In this document: positions 1 to 9,117 of the stretch, piece after piece
How positions within the stretch are numbered: the first letter of the stretch is position 1
Layout of the letters: each line of letters opens with the position of its first letter
NCBI GenBank assembly: GCA_022823465.1
Contig: JAJEHX010000012.1
Coordinates: forward strand, 29,659-93,658
Source: Candidatus Latescibacterota bacterium
Lineage (GTDB): Bacteria; JAAXHH01
DNA length: 64,000 bases
Direction of reading: 5' to 3'
Position numbers and translations under genes: made by a program
Notes under the pieces: generated by a model
The model's input: only the letters and a program-made list of their open reading frames with translations
The model's database searches: none
What the model was told of the DNA's origin: nothing

Positions 1-2175
1 CGCCCGCGGGTCGAGATGTCTGTTTCCATCGATCCCGAGGAGATCACCCTGGCGCCCGGCACGCCGCGGCCTGTCCGCGTGATGCTGCGCAGCCAGCTGC
101 CCGATGACGTCGAAGCACAGGTCCGCGTCACGGTTTCAGACGGCCTCTCGGCGGACCGGAGCGCACATTCCGTCGCGGTGCCCGCCCGGGGTTACGGAGC
201 ATTCGAAACGGTCCTCGAGGCGGACAGGCCGGGTGTTTTCGAATTGACCCTTTCGGGCCGCGTGGCATGGAAGGACAGAACGGTCGACCTGGCAGATGCG
301 AAGCATGCCGTCTTCGCGCTGGAACCGGGCGGACTGCTGTATCACCAGGACGGCGCGGTACGGTTCGAGAACGAAATCTACAGGGCGACCCTGGAGGCCG
401 GGGGCGGCCAGTTGAAGATCAGGGACCGGGCCACCGGAAGGTATCTGGGCACGGAAGGCGCGCGCCCCATACCGCCGAAGTGGCCCAGCGAATACAGCGA
501 GTCGGACTTCAGGCTGAAAGCCGAAGGGGACGGACACGGCGTGGTCCTCACGGCGACCTTTGCACCGAAGAAAACCCCCGGCCTGGTCTTCAGCCGGATC
601 ATCCGGTTGAACGCCGGACCGGTTGTTTCGGTGGACCACGTGGTGGAAAACACCGGGTTCGACCCCCGTACCTTTCGCCTCTACCAGTTCGTGACGAACG
701 GGGGGTCGGAGTCTACGACGCTGACGCTGCCGCTCCGGGAAGGGATGCTGAGGGCGCCATGCGCCGACCGTCCCGCGCCGGACGACCACGACTTCAAGCG
801 CGGTGATTCATTCGCAGAGACGTGGGGCGCTTTTGAAATGCCCCACGGGACGATCGGGATCCTCTGGCCCGGCGGCCTGGACGAAATCGAATGGAACGGA
901 TTCGAATTCCAGTCGGTGAGCCGGGAGACGGCCTGCGCGCCGCAGTCGCGCGTAACCCTTGACCGCCTTCGTCTCTTCGTCGGCGACGGCGGCTGGCAGG
1001 GTGTGCGCCGCGTATGGCGGCGAATGAACGGGCGCCAGGCCAGCGAGCTCGACCCGGTCCCGCCGGTCCTGGGCGAATTCGAGGTGTCGACCGATCCGCC
1101 GATGGCCGTGGTCACCGGGGAAGAGACCGAGATCCGGTTCCGCGTAGCGCAATGGAAGACCCGGAAGGCCAGCGGGACCGTCACCTTCGACATGCCCGAC
1201 GGCTGGCGCTGCGATCCCATGTGGGTTTCATTCTCGGAAATCGACTGGAAACATCCCTTCACCGGCTCGGTGCGATTGGCCACGTCCCGGCCACCGGGCG
1301 TATACAACGGCCGGATAGTGCTCGAAGGCGCGGACCGCAACGTCGAGGCCGATTTGCCCCTCGTTCGTCTGGGAGACGGGTCGGCCGTGGGGGTGGAGGA
1401 GGGCGAATCCTCGGGCCACAGGATATTCACCATGCTGAATCGACGGTTCGAAATCGATGTGGTCCCGTCCTTTCTCGGCACTGTGAGCGCAATCCGGGAC
1501 GCGGGAAGCGAACGCAACCACCTGGCATCGGCATTTCCGGAACCCAGGGTTTTCGGACCGGATTACCCCTGGTACGGCGGTCTACAACCGGAAATCGAGG
1601 TGGACAGGATGTCCCCGACGGCCTCGCTCGAAGACGAGACGTTCACGGCGGAGACGGTTTCCCGCAAAGACGGGCGCGGCATCGAATGGACCGGCGTTCG
1701 CCAGCGGGCGGCGCTCTCCCTTGAAGAGACCCGCGGACTGACCCTGGAACTCGATACGCTGACCCTGGGCGGAAGCCCGGTGATCAAGCTGGTATGGAGA
1801 CTTGTGAACGGTGGGGACGCGTCTCGCCGGCTGGGCGCAGGGTGGAATCTCTTTTTGCAGCCCGATGGCGAGTCGCACGACACTGTCCTGTTCTCGGCGG
1901 ACTACGAGCGGAAGCGGCAGGCCGACTGGTATTTCCGCCACCATGCCGGTCATTGGGCCGCTGCCGCCAATCCGCGAACCGGACGAACTTTCGTGCTCGT
2001 ATCGCCCTTGAAAGTCATCAGGCTGGACAGTTGGGGCACCAGCGGAGGACACTTCAGACTGAATACGAAGTCCGAGGTGCCCGCCCACGGCGTCAAGGAA
2101 GTGACTGCGTACCTGGTCCTGGCCGACTCCAGGGAAGAAGCGCGACGGTACGCGGTGTTGAAGGATCTGCAGTGA
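1..2175 (+). CDS. Large beta-rich hypothetical protein with an internal duplication (Ig-like plus supersandwich-like module x2); probably 5'-truncated by the window edge
   Basis: Frame is open from base 1. Segments VSIDPEEITL..VTVSDGLSAD and VSTDPPMAVV..FDMPDGWRCD resemble each other, as do FENEIYRATL..IRD and MLNRRFEIDV..IRD. Codon usage is gene-like. Confidence 0.6.
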   Translation, partial: RPRVEMSVSIDPEEITLAPGTPRPVRVMLRSQLPDDVEAQVRVTVSDGLSADRSAHSVAVPARGYGAFETVLEADRPGVFELTLSGRVAWKDRTVDLADAKHAVFALEPGGLLYHQDGAVRFENEIYRATLEAGGGQLKIRDRATGRYLGTEGARPIPPKWPSEYSESDFRLKAEGDGHGVVLTATFAPKKTPGLVFSRIIRLNAGPVVSVDHVVENTGFDPRTFRLYQFVTNGGSESTTLTLPLREGMLRAPCADRPAPDDHDFKRGDSFAETWGAFEMPHGTIGILWPGGLDEIEWNGFEFQSVSRETACAPQSRVTLDRLRLFVGDGGWQGVRRVWRRMNGRQASELDPVPPVLGEFEVSTDPPMAVVTGEETEIRFRVAQWKTRKASGTVTFDMPDGWRCDPMWVSFSEIDWKHPFTGSVRLATSRPPGVYNGRIVLEGADRNVEADLPLVRLGDGSAVGVEEGESSGHRIFTMLNRRFEIDVVPSFLGTVSAIRDAGSERNHLASAFPEPRVFGPDYPWYGGLQPEIEVDRMSPTASLEDETFTAETVSRKDGRGIEWTGVRQRAALSLEETRGLTLELDTLTLGGSPVIKLVWRLVNGGDASRRLGAGWNLFLQPDGESHDTVLFSADYERKRQADWYFRHHAGHWAAAANPRTGRTFVLVSPLKVIRLDSWGTSGGHFRLNTKSEVPAHGVKEVTAYLVLADSREEARRYAVLKDLQ

Positions 2176-2231
2176 TCCCGCCCGGGCTGGCGGGAATGTC
2201 CGGTAGGTAAAGTGTGATCAGCCGGACTGTG

Positions 2232-3032
2232 TCATCCCGGCTGTCCGTTCGAGCCCCACAGATCCGGGTTTTCCGTCAGAATCTCGGGACCGTCGGACAG
2301 GATGGCGACTGTATGCTCGAAATGGGCGGACAGCCGTCCGTCCGCGGTGGAAGTCGTCCATTCGTCGTCGTGGACCCTGATCCGCTCCCCACCCGCGCAC
2401 ACCATGGGTTCGATGGCGATGACCATGCCCGGCTTGAGCCGGATGCCGCGCTGAGGCCTGCCGTGATTGGGGACCTGCGGCTCCTCCCAGAGACTGCGGC
2501 CGATCCCGTGTCCGCACAGGTCCCGCACGACCGAGTACCCGTGGGACTCCGCGTGTTGCTGCACCGCGTGGCCAATGTCGCCTATGCGGTTTCCCGCCTT
2601 CGCTTCCTCGATCCCCTTGAATACCGAAGCCCGGGTGACGTCCAGCAGCCGCCGCGTTTCCGGCGAAATACGGCCGACGGGGAAGGTAAAGGCCGTATCG
2701 CCGTGGTATCCGTCGATGATCATGGCGAAATCGAGACTGAGGATGTCTCCCTCCTCGACCTTGCGCCGCGGACTCGGGATGCCGTGTACGATCTCATCGT
2801 TGATGGACGCGCATATCGTGGCGGGAAAGGGCGGATGGAAGTTGGGCCGGTATCCCAGGAAGGAGGAGGTGCCTCCGAAGTCCCGGATCATTTTGCGGGC
2901 GATCTTGTCCAGTTCGGAGGTGGCGACGCCCGGTTTGACGGCTTCCCCCATGCGCTGCAGCGTCGCCGTCGCGGCCTGGCCGCTGCGGCGAATGGTCTCG
3001 ATCTGTTTTTCCGTCTTGAGAATGATGCCCAT
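2232..3032 (-). CDS. map: Type I methionine aminopeptidase
   Basis: Motifs CASINDEIVHGIP, DGYHGDTA, GHGIG, AIEPMV and SAHFEHT. Confidence 0.97.
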   Translation of the reverse strand: MGIILKTEKQIETIRRSGQAATATLQRMGEAVKPGVATSELDKIARKMIRDFGGTSSFLGYRPNFHPPFPATICASINDEIVHGIPSPRRKVEEGDILSLDFAMIIDGYHGDTAFTFPVGRISPETRRLLDVTRASVFKGIEEAKAGNRIGDIGHAVQQHAESHGYSVVRDLCGHGIGRSLWEEPQVPNHGRPQRGIRLKPGMVIAIEPMVCAGGERIRVHDDEWTTSTADGRLSAHFEHTVAILSDGPEILTENPDLWGSNGQPG

Positions 3033-3335
3033 AATATGGTGCCCATATTCTTAATCACATGAAAACCGGCCAACGCAGACAACGAATGCGCGGTGCGTCG
3101 ACGAATGCGCGGCACGGTCAGGCACGCGCTTGACTGACGCGACCCGAAACGCACCATGCATGATACAGGAAAAGGGGATGTAGTCAAGGGCATTCACCCC
3201 GGCACGGTCCTTGAAATATCTTGTCCCGCACCCGGGTGTCGTGTATGTTCTGTCGCGGAAATGGCCCCGTTTTTGGCGGCCGTCATGGCAATTGAGCGTA
3301 TTCACCAGATAACCAGGAGCGTTCTGAACAGGATT

Positions 3336-4331
3336 ATGGACCAATCAGCTCTCAACGAAGCGCCGGCGCGAAAGTGGCTGACCTATCGTCCGGAGATCAA
3401 GCTCATTGACTGCACGATACGGGACGGCGGCCTGATGAACGACCACCGTTTCGAAGCGGATACCGTCAGGGCGGTCTACCAGGCCTGCGTCGCCGGCGGA
3501 ATCGACTACATGGAAATCGGCTACATCAACTCGCGGCAGATCTTTTCCCCCGATGAGCACGGACCGTGGAAGTTCTGCGCCGAAGAGGACATCCGCGGCA
3601 TCGTGGGCGACAACGGCACGCCCCTTAAGCTGGCGGCCATGGCCGACGCGGAGAAATCCGATTACGAGACCGATATTCTGCCCTCCGATGAAAGCGTGCT
3701 GGACATGATTCGGGTCGCCACCTACATCCACCAGATCCCGCTGGCGCTGGACATGATACGGGACGCCCACGAAAAGGGTTACGAGACCACGTTGAACCTG
3801 ATGGCGGCTTCGACGGTTCCCGAAAGCGAGATGGACGAGGCGCTTTCCATGCTGGCCGAATCCGATGTGGACGCCATCTACGTGGTGGACAGCTTCGGCG
3901 CGTTGTACAGCGAACAGGTCGAAGCGCTCGTGGACAAGTTCCTTAACGCCCTGCAGTCCACGGACAAGCAGGTAGGCATCCACGCCCACAACAACCAGCA
4001 ACTGGCCTTCGCCAACACGATCCAGGCGCTGATCCGAGGGGCGAACTACCTGGACGCCAGCCTGGCCGGTCTCGGCCGCGGCGCGGGCAACTGTCCCATG
4101 GAACTGATCGTCGGATTCCTTCACAACCCGAAATTCCGCCTGCGGCCTTTGCTGGAATGCATCCAGTACGACGTCGAGCCGATGCGGGCCGAACTGATGT
4201 GGGGATTCGATCTTCCCTACATGATCACGGGCCTGATGAACCAGCACCCCCGGGCGGGCATGCGGTTCAACGCGGCGAAGGAAAGGGGCAGCATGGCCAG
4301 GTTCTACGACGAGATGGAGGACGCCGGGTAA
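3336..4331 (+). CDS. DRE-TIM (HMGL-like) aldolase, 4-hydroxy-2-oxovalerate aldolase-like
   Basis: DCTIRDGG, GIHAHNN, GLGRGAGN; start placed at the in-frame ATG 3336. Confidence 0.85.
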   Translation: MDQSALNEAPARKWLTYRPEIKLIDCTIRDGGLMNDHRFEADTVRAVYQACVAGGIDYMEIGYINSRQIFSPDEHGPWKFCAEEDIRGIVGDNGTPLKLAAMADAEKSDYETDILPSDESVLDMIRVATYIHQIPLALDMIRDAHEKGYETTLNLMAASTVPESEMDEALSMLAESDVDAIYVVDSFGALYSEQVEALVDKFLNALQSTDKQVGIHAHNNQQLAFANTIQALIRGANYLDASLAGLGRGAGNCPMELIVGFLHNPKFRLRPLLECIQYDVEPMRAELMWGFDLPYMITGLMNQHPRAGMRFNAAKERGSMARFYDEMEDAG

Positions 4332-4427
4332 CCCGGCACAGGGCGCCCCGATGTCCACGGACCCGTTTATCCCGGGTCCCGTTACTATTCGCCACGCACC
4401 GGCACCGCACAAGCCACCCGTGAGCCC

Positions 4428-5702
4428 ATGATCACCCCGCTGGAACAGCGTATCGTGGAACAGGTAGAGGCCATCCGCGAGGACATGCTGGGGTTTTTGC
4501 GGGAACTGATACGCATTCCCTCCGTCAATCCTCCGGGCGACGGATACCTGCCCTGCGCCCGGCTGGTGGGCGACCGGTTGAAGGCGCTGGGTTTCGAAAC
4601 CCGATACGTAACCGCCGAGCACCATCCGGACCATTCCGCGGAACACCCCCGCGTAAACGTCGTCGGCCGTCTTCCAGGCCGGTCTCCGATGCCGACGCTT
4701 CACTTCAACGGCCACACCGACGTGGTACCGGCGGGCGAGGGCTGGACGGTCGATCCCTTCGGCGGGGCGGTAAAGGACGGCAGGATCTACGGACGCGGCG
4801 CGTGCGACATGAAGGGCGGAATCGCCGCCGCGCTCTTCGCGGTTGCCGCGGTGCGCGAGGCCGGCGTCGCCCTGCGCGGAAGCCTCGAGTTCAGCGCGAC
4901 GGTGGACGAGGAAACCGGCGGGTTCGCCGGCATGGACCACCTCGCCCGAGAGGGCCTGATATCCCCGGAACGGACGTCGTACGTGATCATCCCCGAACCC
5001 TTCGGCCCGGGGCGCATCTGCCTGGGACACCGCGGGGTCTACTGGTTCCGGATCGACACCACCGGCCGCACCGCCCATGGCAGCATGCCCTTTCTGGGCG
5101 TCAGCGCCATCGGCCAGATGGAGCGGGTGCTGCGACAGATCGAATCAACCCTCGTGCCGGCGCTTCGCAAGCGCGCCACGGACATGCCGGTCGATCCCCC
5201 GGGCGCCCGCCACGCGACGATCAACGTGAACGGGATTACGGGAGGTCAGACGGACGGCGGCGTGGGTTCGCCGTGCGTGGCCGACCGGTGCTCCGCCGTC
5301 TTCGACCGCCGTTTCCTGAAAGAGGAGTCCTTTGACGAAGTGAAAAGAGAAATCGAAGCCCTGATCGACGGTCTCGCCGAGGCAGACGGGGATTTCAGCG
5401 CGGAACTTACCGACCTGATGGTCGTTCATCCGGTCGAGACCGATCCCGACGCCGAGTTGGTCGGGACGGCGGCCCGGACGATCGAGGATCTCACGGGCGC
5501 CCCGGCGGACTACGTGGCCAGCCCGGGCACCTACGACCACAAACACGTGTACAACACGGGACGGGTGAAGCAGTGTATCGCCTACGGGCCCGGACTGCTG
5601 CATCTCGCCCACCAGCCCGATGAATACTGCGAGATCGATCATCTCGTGCAGAGCTGCAAGGTCATGGCGGTCACCGCGGTCCGGTTGCTTGGCGTAAACT
5701 GA
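4428..5702 (+). CDS. M20 family ArgE/DapE-like deacylase
   Basis: [32 protein letters not shown]. Confidence 0.92.
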   Translation: MITPLEQRIVEQVEAIREDMLGFLRELIRIPSVNPPGDGYLPCARLVGDRLKALGFETRYVTAEHHPDHSAEHPRVNVVGRLPGRSPMPTLHFNGHTDVVPAGEGWTVDPFGGAVKDGRIYGRGACDMKGGIAAALFAVAAVREAGVALRGSLEFSATVDEETGGFAGMDHLAREGLISPERTSYVIIPEPFGPGRICLGHRGVYWFRIDTTGRTAHGSMPFLGVSAIGQMERVLRQIESTLVPALRKRATDMPVDPPGARHATINVNGITGGQTDGGVGSPCVADRCSAVFDRRFLKEESFDEVKREIEALIDGLAEADGDFSAELTDLMVVHPVETDPDAELVGTAARTIEDLTGAPADYVASPGTYDHKHVYNTGRVKQCIAYGPGLLHLAHQPDEYCEIDHLVQSCKVMAVTAVRLLGVN

Positions 5703-5714
5703 AGAGGAGAACCG

Positions 5715-6872
5715 ATGGAATTCGCCTTAAGCAGCGACCAGGTCATGATGCGGGACACCGCCCGGCGGATCGCTGAAGAAAAGTTGAAACCCCACGCCCG
5801 GGACATCGACGAGCGCGAGGCCGTACATTACGAAACGATCCGGGAGCTCGGCGAGATGGGCTTCATGGCCATGATGGTCCCCGAGGAGTACGGCGGCGCG
5901 GGACTGGATACGATAAGCTACGTGCTGGCCGTGGAGGAGTTCTCCCGGGTGTGCGCGTCGACCGGCGTATGCGTCTCCGTCAACAACTCCCTTTTCGCCG
6001 ACGGCGTCTACGCCTTCGGGACCGAAGACCAGCGGAAGACCTACCTGCCGTCCCTCGGTCGCGGCGCGGCGCAGGCCTGCCTCGCGCTGACCGAGCCCGG
6101 CGCCGGCACGGACGTGGGTTCGACGGCCACGTCGGCGCTGAAGGACGGGACCGATTATGTCGTCAACGGCAAGAAGCACTTCGTGACCAACGGCGGTTTC
6201 GCGGATTACCTCCTCGTCCTGGTGACCACCGCCCCCGGCACCGGCCACCGCGGCCTCAGCATGCTCCTCGTGGAAAAGGACACGCCGGGATTCGCCGTCG
6301 GCCGCCAGGAACAGAAGCTCGGAATCCGGGGTTCCGATACCAGCGAACTGCTTTTCGAGGATTGCCGCGTGCCGGAGACTAATCTGTTGGGCGAGGAAGG
6401 CCGGGGCCTGAACATCGCGCTGTCCATTCTGAACGGCGGCCGCATCGGAATCGCGGCCCAGGCCCTGGGTATCGCGCAGGGCGCCTACGACGCCTCCGTG
6501 CGGTACGCAAAGGAGCGGATCCAGTTCGGCAAGCCCATCGCCGAATTCCAGGCGATCGCCTTCAAGCTGGCCGAAATGGCCACCGAACTCGAGGCGGCCC
6601 GCCTCATGACCTACCGGGCCGCGTGGCTCAAGGATGCCGGCCAGGATTATATCACGGCCTCGTCCATGGCCAAGCTATACGCGTCGGAAGCGTCGATACG
6701 GATCACGAACGAAGCCATCCAGATCCACGGCGGCTACGGGTACATCCGCGACTTCGACGTGGAACGATTCTACCGGGACGCGCGGATCACCACCCTCTAC
6801 GAAGGCACCTCCGAAGCCCAGAAGATCGTCATCTCGCGCAACATTCTCAAGTCGGACGGTGCCGGGTCTTAG
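5715..6872 (+). CDS. Acyl-CoA dehydrogenase (short/branched chain type)
   Basis: ALTEPGAGTD, NGKKHFVTNG, QIHGGYGY, YEGTSE; AGGAG RBS. Confidence 0.95.
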   Translation: MEFALSSDQVMMRDTARRIAEEKLKPHARDIDEREAVHYETIRELGEMGFMAMMVPEEYGGAGLDTISYVLAVEEFSRVCASTGVCVSVNNSLFADGVYAFGTEDQRKTYLPSLGRGAAQACLALTEPGAGTDVGSTATSALKDGTDYVVNGKKHFVTNGGFADYLLVLVTTAPGTGHRGLSMLLVEKDTPGFAVGRQEQKLGIRGSDTSELLFEDCRVPETNLLGEEGRGLNIALSILNGGRIGIAAQALGIAQGAYDASVRYAKERIQFGKPIAEFQAIAFKLAEMATELEAARLMTYRAAWLKDAGQDYITASSMAKLYASEASIRITNEAIQIHGGYGYIRDFDVERFYRDARITTLYEGTSEAQKIVISRNILKSDGAGS

Positions 6873-6992
6873 ACCTTCAGACGCCGCATCCGATGCGAAG
6901 AAGCCCCGCGCGGGCATGGTTTTGCCTTGACAAGTTACCAAACTGACGTAGGGTATATTGACACGTGTGCGTAGCATATTGCACAGCGCTTA

Positions 6993-7021
6993 TTGACAGG
7001 TGCGGCCAGCGGCCATATATT
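6993..7021 (+). promoter_or_regulatory. Sigma70-type promoter of parE-parC
   Basis: TTGACA-17 bp-TATATT, about 95 bp upstream of the parE start. Confidence 0.65.
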
Positions 7022-7115
7022 GTGCCAACTACATGGCCTGGCACGACATGTTCTAATGCGTACGCGGCTTGGAATATGTCGTTCGACGTAATCTTGCGCA
7101 ACCGGGGCAGGACCT

Positions 7116-9110
7116 ATGGCCACACAAAACGGATCGGGCAACGGTAAGGACCGCCACACCCAGCTCGACCTGCTTACGCAGTCTGAAGAGACGGCGAACA
7201 GTGGTTCCGGAAACGGGAACGGCTCGCGCGGGAGCGGCGTTGCGTCGAACGGAAGCGCGGCCAAATCGGAAAACGGCGCGCGACCGGATGAAGGCAATGG
7301 ATCCCCTGCCGCGGCGGAGACGGCCGTCTACGACGAAAGCAAGGTCAAGACCCTCTCGTCCCTGGAACACATCCGGCTCCGGACCGGCATGTATATCGGC
7401 CGGCTCGGAAGCGGCAGCGATCCGGAAGACGGCATCTACGTCCTCCTGAAGGAAGTGATCGACAACGCCGTGGACGAATTCATCATGGGCCATGGCCGGA
7501 AGATCGACGTGACCATCGAGGACAACCGCGTCCGCGTCCGCGATTTCGGCCGCGGGATTCCCCTCGGCAAGGTCGTGGAGTGCACCTCCATCATCAACAC
7601 GGGCGCCAAGTACAACGACGAAGTCTTTCAGTTCAGCGTCGGGCTGAACGGCGTCGGCGCCAAGGCGGTCAACGCGCTCTCCGTGGATTTCCGGGTCGTG
7701 GCGTACCGGAACGGGAAATACGCGGAGGCGGTGTACGAGCGGGGACAGCTACTCGGCCAGGACGAGGGCGATTCGGACGAGCCGGACGGCACCTATGTCG
7801 AATTCCTGCCCGACGAGGAGATCTTCGGGGAATACGCTTTTCAGCCGGATTATGTGGAACGCCGCATGTGGAACTACGCCTGCCTGAACAGCGGCCTCCG
7901 CATGATCTTCAACAAGAAGCGTTTCGTTTCCCGGTACGGACTGCTGGATTTCCTGAAGGCCGAGGTGGGGGAGCAAATCCTCTACGAGCCCTCCTATCAC
8001 AAGAGCCAGTACATCGAGTTCTCCTTCACGCACACCACCAATTACGGCGAAACGCTCTTCTCCTTCGTGAACGGCCAGTATACCGCGGACGGCGGGTCCC
8101 ACCAGAGCGCTTTTCGCGAAGGCATGCTCAAGGGCGTCAACGAGTACTTCAAGAAGAGCTACGGAGGCGTGGACGTGCGGGAATCCATTGCCGGAGCCAT
8201 CGCCATCAAGCTCAAGGAACCGATTTTCGAATCCCAGACCAAGAACAAGCTGGGCAATACGGAGATCCGGGGCTGGCTGGTTTCGGAGATTCGCAGCGCC
8301 GTAGTGGACTTTCTGCACAAGAACCAGGAGTCCGCCCAGAAGATACAGGAGAAGATCACTCAGAACGAGCGCCTCAGGAAAGAGCTGAACGCGGTCAAGA
8401 AGGAAGCCCGGGAGGCGGCCCGGCGCATCGCCATCAAGATCCCCAACTTCAAGGACTGCAAGTACCACTTCGGCCACGCCAAACACGGCGAGGAGTCCTC
8501 CATCTTCATCACCGAAGGACCCTCGGCCGCCGGTTCGATGGTCTCGGCGCGGGACCCGCTGACCCAGGCGATCTTCGGGCTGAAGGGCGTGCCGCTGAAC
8601 GTCTTCTCCCGCACGCGGGCCGCCATCTACAAGAACGAGGAGCTGTACAACCTCATGATGGCCCTCGGCATCGAGGAGGGGATGTCCAATCTTCGGTTCA
8701 ACAAGGTGATCATCGCGACGGACGCCGATTACGACGGCTACCACATACGCAACCTCCTGATGACCTTCTTCCTGAGTTATTTCGAGGACATGGTGCTCGC
8801 GGGCCACGTCCACATCCTGGAAACGCCGCTCTTCCGGGTACGCAATACGAAGGAGACCGCGTACTGCTACAGCGAGAAAGAACGCAACGCGGCCTTAGGC
8901 CGGATACGGGGCGCGGAGGTGACCCGGTTCAAGGGGCTGGGCGAGATCTCGCCGAGTGAATTCGGTCAGTTCATCGGGCCCGACATGCGGCTCGTGAAGG
9001 TCAATGTCCGTTCCATCCACAGCATACCGGAAACCTTGACTTTCTACATGGGCAAGAACACGCCCGAGCGCAGGGAATACATCGTGGAAAACCTGCTGGA
9101 CGAAGTATAG
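7116..9110 (+). CDS. parE: DNA topoisomerase IV subunit B (Bacteroidota/Chlamydia/spirochaete-like type)
   Basis: GHKL motifs EVIDNAVDE, RDFGRGIP, GLNGVG; Toprim ITEGPSA and DADYDG; TRFKGLGE; Gly/Ser/Asn-rich N-terminal extension. Confidence 0.9.
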   Translation: MATQNGSGNGKDRHTQLDLLTQSEETANSGSGNGNGSRGSGVASNGSAAKSENGARPDEGNGSPAAAETAVYDESKVKTLSSLEHIRLRTGMYIGRLGSGSDPEDGIYVLLKEVIDNAVDEFIMGHGRKIDVTIEDNRVRVRDFGRGIPLGKVVECTSIINTGAKYNDEVFQFSVGLNGVGAKAVNALSVDFRVVAYRNGKYAEAVYERGQLLGQDEGDSDEPDGTYVEFLPDEEIFGEYAFQPDYVERRMWNYACLNSGLRMIFNKKRFVSRYGLLDFLKAEVGEQILYEPSYHKSQYIEFSFTHTTNYGETLFSFVNGQYTADGGSHQSAFREGMLKGVNEYFKKSYGGVDVRESIAGAIAIKLKEPIFESQTKNKLGNTEIRGWLVSEIRSAVVDFLHKNQESAQKIQEKITQNERLRKELNAVKKEAREAARRIAIKIPNFKDCKYHFGHAKHGEESSIFITEGPSAAGSMVSARDPLTQAIFGLKGVPLNVFSRTRAAIYKNEELYNLMMALGIEEGMSNLRFNKVIIATDADYDGYHIRNLLMTFFLSYFEDMVLAGHVHILETPLFRVRNTKETAYCYSEKERNAALGRIRGAEVTRFKGLGEISPSEFGQFIGPDMRLVKVNVRSIHSIPETLTFYMGKNTPERREYIVENLLDEV

Positions 9111-9117
9111 GACCTCC

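Noticed and set aside
3082-3112. ACGAATGCGCGG direct repeat upstream of map
   Set aside because: Only two 12-bp copies with no further support for function.
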